From an uncultured Acidobacteriaceae bacterium (GTDB taxonomy: Bacteria; Acidobacteriota; Terriglobia; Terriglobales; Acidobacteriaceae): 52,832 bases of DNA. Under the pieces are notes generated by a model. It saw only the letters and a program-made list of their open reading frames with translations. It searched no databases and was not told the origin of the DNA. The DNA is taken from the NCBI GenBank assembly GCA_964246125.1, contig CAXTPN010000002.1:1-52832 (forward strand), given 5' to 3'. This document shows positions 37,432 through 45,269 of this stretch, piece by piece (the first letter of the stretch is position 1; every line of letters begins with the position of its first letter). The position numbers and the translations under genes were made by a program.

Positions 37432-40367
37432 TGGCAGAACCCCCGTAAGACTTCAGCACTATGCAGTGCCCGCCGCGTGCTGTTTTGTTTGATCTGCTCT
37501 CGGCAACTAAAACCGTTGGAGATCAGAATGTCTTCAGAATCCGCTGCCCTCACCGCCGGCAACAAGCTCCGCTCGGCAAGCCTTTGCGAGATATCGAACT
37601 TATCAGCCTCAAAACCAAATGGTCCTGCCATTCCACAGCAACCTGCGTCCAGCAGATCCACTTGGGCACCGGTTTCTTGCAGTAGAGCGATCTCCTGTTT
37701 CATGTTGAGCAGGGCTTTCTGGTGGCAGTGACCATGCACCACCATGCGCCGCCCAGAATAGTCGGGCGGTTTCCAAGTTCCACGACTCCGTGTGAGTTGC
37801 TCGCTGAGCATCAGAGTTTGGCGGCTCAATCGCTTTGCCCGTTCATCCCTGGGAAAGAAATTGAGCAGTTCGTCACGAAACACACTCGCACAGCTAGGTT
37901 CCAACATCACAAACGGAATGCCGGCAAGAATCTCTGGCTCAAACTTGTCCAGAATGGTCTGTAGATATTGACGGGCCTGATCGAGAAAACCAAAATCGTA
38001 AAGCGGTCGGCCACAACAAACGTGTTGCTCGGGAACACTAACGGAGTGCCCTGACGCTTGAAGAAGTAAATTGGCGCTGACTAACGCCTCAGGGTTGAAG
38101 TAATTGTTCCAGGTGTCTGGCCAGAGCAGCACAGAAGGCGTTGCATCCGTTCTTCTCGAAGAAGCACGGAACTGCCGACGGAAGCTCTTTGGAGCAAAGC
38201 GCGGAAGAACTCGCTCCGACGCGATTCCCAGCGTTCGTTTCATAAGAATGTCAGCAAAAGGGAGGCGCAGAGGCAAGTTTGCTATAGACGGCGCCCACGA
38301 AGCGAGCCTGGACCAGCGGTCCATGAAGCCGAAGGCATAATGCTGGATTGGGCGGCTGGTGGACTCGAAGTGATGCGCGAGAAACTCCGCCTTCCACGTC
38401 GCCATATCTACGTTCACAGGACACTCTGTCTTACACGCCTTGCAGGACAGGCACAGATCTAAGGCTTCCTTCACGTCCTGATTCTGCCATCGATCTTTCA
38501 GCACGTCGCGCTGCAAGAGTTCCCAAAGGAGATGAGCTCGGCCTCGGGTGGAGTGCTTTTCGTCCCGCGTCGCCATAAAGCTCGGGCACATAGTACCGCC
38601 TTCTTGCTTGCGGCACGCACCCACGCCGACGCAGCGTGAAGTCGCCGCGACGAATGAGCCGCCGTCGCTCGAGAAGGTGAACCATTGCTTCTCGCCCCGA
38701 CTCTCCTCTGGCTTGCCGACTCGAAGATTCTCGACGGGGTCATACACTGCGATTGGATCGATCAGCTTACCCGGGTTCATCTTGTTTGTCGGGTCCCAGA
38801 GACGTTTGAACTCAACAAACGCCTGCATCAACTCTCGACCGAACATCTTGGGCAACAACGCAGCACGTGCTTGTCCGTCACCATGCTCTCCGGAGAAGCT
38901 CCCGCCGTATCGTAGTACGAGGTCGGCAGCCTCATCTATGAAGCGACGATAAGCGGAGATGCCATCGCCTGTCGTGAAGTCAAAGCTGATGCGAAGATGG
39001 ACGCAACCCTGACCAAAGTGCCCGTACATGGGCGACCGGTAGCCGTAGACATCCATAAGGGCAAAAAGCTCGCGGAGATATGCTCCAAGGTGAACGGGCG
39101 GAACGGCGGAATCCTCCCACCCTTCCCAGCTAATCTTCTCTCCGGGCACGAAGACAGACGCACCTAGCGCTGACTCGCGGACCTTCCAGACACGCTGCGC
39201 CTGTTCCGCCGTATAGAGGGCAGGGGCCGGCCGCTCCGCAAAGTCAGCTGTTCTGCGGACGAAATCCAATGCGAGCTCGTCTGCGGCATCTGCTGTATCT
39301 GCGCCGAACTCACACAGGAGAAATCCTTTGCCCTCAGGGAGCAGTGCGACATCGTCCACGGCCAAGCTTTTGCGCAGCATGAAGTCTATAAGTAGACCGT
39401 CGAAACCTTCGAGACCTATTGGCTGGTGAGCCAAAATCTGAGGCACATGATCCGCGGCTACGAAAGCATCACTAAAGCCAAGCGCTACAAGACGGCGATG
39501 CTGAGGGCTGTGGGTGAGTCTGCAGGTCGCTTCCAGAACCGTAACGCAAGTTCCTTCAGACCCTACCAGCGCTCGCGCTACATTGAACCCTTTCTCCGGC
39601 AGCAATTGATCCAGGTTGTAGCCGGAAACGCGCCTCGGAATGTCGGGAAACCGCTCCCTCACTAGGGTGGCATACACATCACGCAGATGCTTGAGGCCCG
39701 CGAAAATCTCACCCTTCCGACCGCCGGCGGCGGTGATAGCGTCCAGTTGCTCGTCGCTCGTGGGTCCAACCTGCATGCGCGTGCCGTCGTAGAGCAGGAT
39801 GTCTAGAGACTCCACGTTGTCGACCGTTTTGCCTCCCATCAGGGCGTGTACACCACAAGAGTTGTTTCCGATCATGCCACCCAAGGTGCAACGACTGTGG
39901 GTTGCCGGGTCCGGCGCGAAGGTCAGATCAAATCGTTCTGCTTCGTCGCGCAACCGGTCCAAGACCAGTCCCGGTTGTACTCGGGCCGAACACTTCGTGA
40001 GGTCCACTTCCAGCACCCGATCCATGTACCGCGAATAATCCAGAACCACTGCGGCGTTACAACACTGACCTGCGAGGGAAGTACCCCCACCACGCGACAG
40101 GACGGGAGCACCAAAGTGACGGCATGTGCTTATAGTCGCTTCGACATCTTCCACGTCCAGCGGCAGGACAACACCGATCGGCACTTGCCGATAGTTTGAA
40201 GCATCAGTGGCATAGAGCGCCCTTGACCCCTCGTCAAACTGGACGTCACCCCGTACGACTTCGCGAAGCATGGCTCCCAGGGCGTCCACCGCTGTGAAGT
40301 CTTCGTGCCGATGATGATGTTTTCCCTGTCTGTCTTGAAGAATCGGAAATGGGGTGATTGCTGGCAA
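37428..40367 (-). CDS. FAD- and Fe-S-binding 2-hydroxyacid dehydrogenase (GlcD-GlcF fusion/YdiJ-like)
   Basis: YATDASNY, RGGGTSLAGQ, GGMIGNNSCG, SGEHGDG, CVGVGAC, CLSCKACKTECP, CCG motifs. Probable TTG start at 40367 after AGGAG; the ORF-track start at 40529 overlaps the divergent regulator. Confidence 0.88.
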   Translation of the reverse strand: MPAITPFPILQDRQGKHHHRHEDFTAVDALGAMLREVVRGDVQFDEGSRALYATDASNYRQVPIGVVLPLDVEDVEATISTCRHFGAPVLSRGGGTSLAGQCCNAAVVLDYSRYMDRVLEVDLTKCSARVQPGLVLDRLRDEAERFDLTFAPDPATHSRCTLGGMIGNNSCGVHALMGGKTVDNVESLDILLYDGTRMQVGPTSDEQLDAITAAGGRKGEIFAGLKHLRDVYATLVRERFPDIPRRVSGYNLDQLLPEKGFNVARALVGSEGTCVTVLEATCRLTHSPQHRRLVALGFSDAFVAADHVPQILAHQPIGLEGFDGLLIDFMLRKSLAVDDVALLPEGKGFLLCEFGADTADAADELALDFVRRTADFAERPAPALYTAEQAQRVWKVRESALGASVFVPGEKISWEGWEDSAVPPVHLGAYLRELFALMDVYGYRSPMYGHFGQGCVHLRISFDFTTGDGISAYRRFIDEAADLVLRYGGSFSGEHGDGQARAALLPKMFGRELMQAFVEFKRLWDPTNKMNPGKLIDPIAVYDPVENLRVGKPEESRGEKQWFTFSSDGGSFVAATSRCVGVGACRKQEGGTMCPSFMATRDEKHSTRGRAHLLWELLQRDVLKDRWQNQDVKEALDLCLSCKACKTECPVNVDMATWKAEFLAHHFESTSRPIQHYAFGFMDRWSRLASWAPSIANLPLRLPFADILMKRTLGIASERVLPRFAPKSFRRQFRASSRRTDATPSVLLWPDTWNNYFNPEALVSANLLLQASGHSVSVPEQHVCCGRPLYDFGFLDQARQYLQTILDKFEPEILAGIPFVMLEPSCASVFRDELLNFFPRDERAKRLSRQTLMLSEQLTRSRGTWKPPDYSGRRMVVHGHCHQKALLNMKQEIALLQETGAQVDLLDAGCCGMAGPFGFEADKFDISQRLAERSLLPAVRAADSEDILISNGFSCREQIKQNSTRRALHSAEVLRGFCQ

Positions 40368-40402
40368 GTTGCTCCTGTTGAGTGAACATCGGCGGCGGAG
40401 CC

Positions 40403-40442
40403 GAGTATACCTTGTCATAACATCATATGTATACTCTTTGTC
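40403..40442. promoter_or_regulatory. Divergent promoter with symmetric -10 boxes and a putative FadR-type operator
   Basis: GAGTATAC-N18-GTATACTC inverted repeat, each arm containing an outward-facing TATACT. TTGTCATAACA and CATATG lie between the arms. Confidence 0.6.
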
Positions 40443-41246
40443 ATGCCTGGCGCTAAGACACCAATCATTTCTTCCATCGCACGCTCTTTCGAGCCTAGGC
40501 AGACTCTGCATAATGAGGTCGCGCGGCAACTTGGGTCAAGCATTGCGCAGGGAGAAATCCCGCCCGGTGCGACCCTGCCAAATGAGGCAGACTTGAGCCT
40601 GCAGTTCAACGTCAGCCGTACCGTTCTTCGTGAAGCCGTCAAAGTCATCGCTTCTAAAGGTATGGTTGAGATAAAGCGCAAGACAGGCACGCGCGTGAGG
40701 CCACGCGGTGACTGGAATATGCTTGACCCGCAGGTGCTTGGCTGGTTTTTCTCCGGCATTGATGTTTCCGAAGGTCTGGCAGACCTGCTTGAGGTTCGGC
40801 GTCAAATAGAACCGCAGGCAGCTGCATTGGCGGCAGAGCGCGCCACAGCCACCGACCTTGAAAAAATCGAAGCTGCTTACCGAGGGATGACGGACGCCAC
40901 GGAAGATCTCCGGGCGTCAGTCGCGGCGGACCTGAAGTTTCATCTCGCCATCTTGGAAGCAACGCACAACATATTCATGCTGCCGTTTGGGGCGATGATC
41001 CAGGCGGCACTAGCGCAAAGTTTCCAGCTTACGAATCAAGACCGCCCCGCCTATCTTCGCTCTCTGGTTCTGCACAGAGCTGTCGCCAGCGCGATTCGTG
41101 ATCGGGATAGCCACAGCGCAATGTCCGCAATGCTGGCAGTACTCGACCAAACGTCGGAGGATATCGCTCATAGACTCACGAACGGCAACGCAACATCGAT
41201 CAAGAAACATCGCCGAACTGCTCAGGCAAGGAAAGTGAAGGCATAG
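40443..41246 (+). CDS. FadR/GntR family transcriptional regulator (DgoR-like)
   Basis: LPNEADL..F.VSRTVLREAVKV..SKGMV..GTRVRPR.DWNMLDP, FCD domain with DLKFHLAI. Confidence 0.92.
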   Translation: MPGAKTPIISSIARSFEPRQTLHNEVARQLGSSIAQGEIPPGATLPNEADLSLQFNVSRTVLREAVKVIASKGMVEIKRKTGTRVRPRGDWNMLDPQVLGWFFSGIDVSEGLADLLEVRRQIEPQAAALAAERATATDLEKIEAAYRGMTDATEDLRASVAADLKFHLAILEATHNIFMLPFGAMIQAALAQSFQLTNQDRPAYLRSLVLHRAVASAIRDRDSHSAMSAMLAVLDQTSEDIAHRLTNGNATSIKKHRRTAQARKVKA

Positions 41247-41249
41247 ACA

Positions 41250-42977
41250 ATGAAAGAGCCAAGAACGTACCGGTCGGCTTCCTGGTTTTCGGGCACGGGA
41301 AAGGACACTTTCATTCATCGTAGCTGGATGAAGAACCAGGGCTTGCCTGCCGATGTGTTTGACGGACGTCCAGTCATCGGGATTTGTAATACCTGGTCGG
41401 AGTTGACTCCATGCAATGCTCACCTACGCGATCTGGCCGAGCGCGTCAAGCGGGGAGTCTGGGAGGCTGGCGGTCTGCCACTGGAGTTCCCCGTAATGTC
41501 TACCGGCGAAACAAACCTACGTCCTACAGCCATGCTTTTCCGAAATCTGGTGAGCATGGACGTGGAAGAGAGTATTCGGGGAAACCCGATCGATGGCGTG
41601 GTGTTGATGACAGGCTGCGACAAGACGACACCTTCACTGATCATGGGTGCCGCGAGTTGCGATATCCCGTCGATCGTTGTCTCGGGCGGCCCGATGTTGA
41701 ACGGTAAGTACAAAGGCCGCGATATCGGCTCCGGTACGGACGTATGGCGGTTCAGCGAGGAGGTGAAAGCCGGAACTATGAGCCAGGCCGCCTTCACCGA
41801 AGCCGAGGCCTGCATGTCACGATCTGCAGGCCATTGCATGACGATGGGCACTGCGTCGACGATGGGCTCGATGGCCGAAGCACTAGGTCTTGCGTTGCCA
41901 AATGGTGGTGTCATTCCAGCGGTTGATTCGCGGCGACTCGTGCTCGCCCATCATTCCGGTAGGCGCATCGTTGAGATGGTTCGTGAGGATATGAAATTAT
42001 CGCAAATCCTCACCCGCAACGCCTTTGAAAATGCGATCCGCGTCAACGCGGCACTGGGAGGCTCGACGAACGCTGTTATCCATCTGCTTGCGATCGCCGG
42101 TCGGGTCGGAGTACCGCTCTCCCTTGAGGATTGGGATCGCTTGGGGCGGAATGTGCCTACAATCGTGAATTTGAAACCGTCCGGGCAATACCTCATGGAG
42201 GACTTCTTCTATGCAGGAGGGCTTCCCGTTGTGATCAATACTCTTGAGGAACGTGGTTTGCTGAACGGAGATGCACTTACGGTGACCGGGCGCTCCATCA
42301 AAGAGAATTGCTCCGGAGCCGTCAACTATAACTCTGATGTGATACGGGCATTTGACAAGCCGCTGGTAGAGCATGGCGGCATCGCCGTCCTCCGCGGCAA
42401 CTTGGCACCCGACGGCGCAGTATTGAAGCCTTCTGCGGCCTCTCCACACCTCATGAAGCATCGCGGGCGTGCAGTTGTGTTCGAAACGATTGAGCATTAT
42501 CGGGAACGAATTATGGATCCCAAGCTCGATATCGATGAAACCTGCGTGATGGTGCTGAAGAACTGTGGCCCACGTGGCTATCCCGGCATGGCTGAAGTAG
42601 GAAACATGGGCCTACCTCCGGCGCTGCTGGCCCGGGGAGTCAAGGACATGGTGCGCATTTCAGATGCACGTATGAGTGGCACTGCCTACGGCACTGTAAT
42701 ACTTCACGTTTGCCCAGAAGCAGCGGCGGGAGGGCCTCTCGCGGTGGTGCGCGAGGGTGATTTTATCTCTCTGGACGTAGAGGCCAGAACTCTCGAACTG
42801 GAGTTATCAGAGGACGAACTGCGGCAGCGTCTTGACAGTTGGACTTCGCCCACCGACCTGCCGACGAGCGGGTACCAGCGGCTCTACGTTCAGCACGTCA
42901 GTCAGGCCTCTACCGGTGCCGACTTCGACTTCTTGCTAGGCTGCCGCGGCACCACAGTCACTCGAGAATCCCACTAG
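41250..42977 (+). CDS. IlvD/Edd family sugar acid dehydratase (L-arabinonate dehydratase-like)
   Basis: RSWMKNQG..FDGRPVIGICNTWSELTPCNAH, GCDKT, GHCMTMGTAS, GGSTNA, SDARMSGT and RESH C-terminus, as in Azospirillum/Rhizobium L-arabinonate dehydratases. Confidence 0.9.
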   Translation: MKEPRTYRSASWFSGTGKDTFIHRSWMKNQGLPADVFDGRPVIGICNTWSELTPCNAHLRDLAERVKRGVWEAGGLPLEFPVMSTGETNLRPTAMLFRNLVSMDVEESIRGNPIDGVVLMTGCDKTTPSLIMGAASCDIPSIVVSGGPMLNGKYKGRDIGSGTDVWRFSEEVKAGTMSQAAFTEAEACMSRSAGHCMTMGTASTMGSMAEALGLALPNGGVIPAVDSRRLVLAHHSGRRIVEMVREDMKLSQILTRNAFENAIRVNAALGGSTNAVIHLLAIAGRVGVPLSLEDWDRLGRNVPTIVNLKPSGQYLMEDFFYAGGLPVVINTLEERGLLNGDALTVTGRSIKENCSGAVNYNSDVIRAFDKPLVEHGGIAVLRGNLAPDGAVLKPSAASPHLMKHRGRAVVFETIEHYRERIMDPKLDIDETCVMVLKNCGPRGYPGMAEVGNMGLPPALLARGVKDMVRISDARMSGTAYGTVILHVCPEAAAGGPLAVVREGDFISLDVEARTLELELSEDELRQRLDSWTSPTDLPTSGYQRLYVQHVSQASTGADFDFLLGCRGTTVTRESH

Positions 42978-42987
42978 ACGGAGACTT

Positions 42988-43764
42988 ATGTCGAGAACAC
43001 CACAATTCGCAATCTATCCTAGTCTCGCGGGAAGACTTGTACTGGTGACAGGAGGAGCTAGCGGCATCGGCGAGTCCATCGTGCTCGCCTTCGCGCGGCA
43101 GAATTCCAAAGTGGTCTTCCTCGACATCAACGCCGAGGCGGGGCGGAAACTTAGCGATTCTGTCGCGACCCTCGGCCTGCCTCCTCCGGCTTTCTACGGC
43201 TGCGACCTCACTGACATCGACGCACTGCAACGGACCTTTGCGGAGATCAGCAGCAGACATGGTTCAGTCGATGTTCTAGTCAACAACGCCGGAGACGACA
43301 CGCGCCATCGCACGGAAGACGTAACGCCCGCTTCCTGGGACCGCATCATGGCCGTTAATCTCAAGCAGCAGTTCTTTCTTTGCCAGTGTGTGCTTCCTGC
43401 CATGCGGCAGCAAGAGCGCGGCTCGATCATCAACTTGAGCTCGATTGGTTGGATAATTCCTTCAACCGGACTCCCAATCTATGTGACCGCTAAAGCCGCC
43501 ATCGTGGGTTTGACCCGCACGCTCGCACATGAAGTGGGGGCTAACGAAGTCCGGGTCAACTGCGTACTACCGGGCGCCATCCTGACGGACCGCCAGGCGC
43601 GCCTTTGGTTTACAGACGAGTATCGCGACGAGATCCTGAGTGCGCAAGCACTCAAGCGTATGATTCTGCCCGAAGAGGTGGCGCGGCTGGTGCTGTTTCT
43701 AGCCGCCGATGACAGCTCTGGCATCACCAACCAGAGTTATATCGTTGACGGTGGATGGGTTTGA
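42988..43764 (+). CDS. SDR aldose dehydrogenase (Caulobacter XylB-like)
   Basis: AIYPSL.G..V.VTGGASGIG, NNAGDDTRH, YVTAK, RQ.RLW, VDGGWV. Confidence 0.85.
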   Translation: MSRTPQFAIYPSLAGRLVLVTGGASGIGESIVLAFARQNSKVVFLDINAEAGRKLSDSVATLGLPPPAFYGCDLTDIDALQRTFAEISSRHGSVDVLVNNAGDDTRHRTEDVTPASWDRIMAVNLKQQFFLCQCVLPAMRQQERGSIINLSSIGWIIPSTGLPIYVTAKAAIVGLTRTLAHEVGANEVRVNCVLPGAILTDRQARLWFTDEYRDEILSAQALKRMILPEEVARLVLFLAADDSSGITNQSYIVDGGWV

Positions 43765-43879
43765 ATCAGTTCCAAAAGTGCCAGGGCGTTCGGGGGCACC
43801 TCAGGTCGGCATTTGAATCGTTTCGTTTGAAGTGCAATAACCAGACCCAAGAGGCTTCTTATCAGATTTGCGAGGATTA

Positions 43880-44243
43880 CCTTCGGTCCTTTACTGACTC
43901 CAGTGCTCGCCTTATCCACTTTCCTCGGTGGTGCTGCTTCAGGGCAATCACACCAAGAGCCCTTCGAGTCGATTCCTTTCGGCGCTGTTTTATTACCGAA
44001 TACTCGCCGACTGATCGCCTGGATAAAGATATTCGCCTGATGAAGGCGGCCAACATTACGGTTGCACGGATCGCTGAGTCCACCTGGGGCACCCTAGAAC
44101 CGCAGGAAGGCGTTTTCAACTTCAGCCATGTCGATTGTGTTCTAAACGCCATGGATAAGGCTGGCATTAAGTCATCGTAGGTACGCCTACTTATGCCCTA
44201 CCTACTGGCTGGCACACGAGCACACCGATGTTCTTGCCGTAAG
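43880..44243 (+). pseudogene. 5' remnant of a GH42 beta-galactosidase
   Basis: Frameshifted ..SIPFGA/EYSPTDRLDKDIRLMKAANITVARIAESTWGTLEPQEGVFNFSHVD.VLNAMDKAGIK/VIVGTPTYALPT/WLA.., which then breaks off. Confidence 0.8.
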
Positions 44244-44457
44244 ACGGCACTCGCTTAAATTACCAAGGACTAAGTGAGCGGAGGAGAGAAAGTTCTTTGA
44301 CTGCGGTCCGGGTAGCCCAGCTAGTACACCTTGGCGGCAGGCCAGCGTCAGGCTCGCCTCGTTGACCCGTTATAACGCATTAGAGCAGATTATGGTTCAA
44401 CTCCTCACGGCCTGCAGACCGAAATCAGTCTTCACCATTGCGCCCAGAGTCTCTCCG

Positions 44458-45045
44458 TCAACCTTCACACAAAAGGCGAGACATGTGTCGCATGACCTCT
44501 TTCACTGCTGCACTCGGTTCCACAGAGACACCATGGTACCAAAGCGAGAGGGCGCTCTGAACGATCATCAACGTCGCGCTGGCATAGATGCGAGGTCTCG
44601 GATCATACGCCGATGAATTCCGTAAACGGGCTGCGAAAGCCTCAGTGAGCTTTTCCTGAATCTCAGCGATTACGGATTGTTGAGCTTGCCTCACGGAAGG
44701 ATGGGTAGAGGAAATATCGATGATCTCTCTCGTTCGAGGTTGGGCGATATTCCAACCGGTAGCCTCCACCGCAGCATGGCGAACAGTATCCAGCGGCGAG
44801 AGCTTGACGGGACATGCCTCTACCGTTTCCACGAGCTTCTTGCCATAACCGATCACGCGATGCGCTAAGAGTTCGTCCCTGGTCGCGAAGTACCGGTAAA
44901 GTGTGCGTGGCGAAACACCGGCCCCTTTGGCCACATCTTCCAGAGTCGTTTCATCGAATCCGTCCCGTGCAAACAGATCAACCGCAGAATCGTATATGGC
45001 ATTCCGGACAAGATCCTGCTTCCGGACGTGAAATGTTGCTTGCAT
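44458..45045 (-). CDS. TetR family regulator, MftR-like
   Basis: RKQDLVRNAIYDSAVDLFARDGFDETTLEDVAKGAGVSPRTLYRYFATRDELL HTH. Confidence 0.9.
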   Translation of the reverse strand: MQATFHVRKQDLVRNAIYDSAVDLFARDGFDETTLEDVAKGAGVSPRTLYRYFATRDELLAHRVIGYGKKLVETVEACPVKLSPLDTVRHAAVEATGWNIAQPRTREIIDISSTHPSVRQAQQSVIAEIQEKLTEAFAARLRNSSAYDPRPRIYASATLMIVQSALSLWYHGVSVEPSAAVKEVMRHMSRLLCEG

Positions 45046-45078
45046 TCTAAATCCTCTAGAGCACAGAGTGGGCAGCCT

Positions 45079-45112
45079 TAGGGTACGCTGCCAAGACTAA
45101 CAGACTCTGCCG
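45079..45112 (-). promoter_or_regulatory. Degenerate tandem operator upstream of tetR (possible autoregulation)
   Basis: TAGGG-TACGC-TGCCA and TAACA-GACTC-TGCCG, with right half-sites 19 bp apart as in the other copies. Confidence 0.5.
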
Positions 45113-45269
45113 GATTTATGCTCTTGTGACGAAGCGTCTTAGTCTTCAATCTTCGCTGGACTTCCGAGAATGAAGCCAAGCCTAAATTCAGGCCTGACCC
45201 TCACCCTCGGTCCATGCTTCTCCGATTTATCCGAAGCAACGTCTAGAAGGCTCTCGAGCGTTGCAGATT

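Noticed and set aside
40368-40529. N-terminal extension of the 1033-aa ORF
   Set aside because: It overlaps the divergent promoter and the fadR-type start; a TTG start with AGGAG at 40367 is more plausible.
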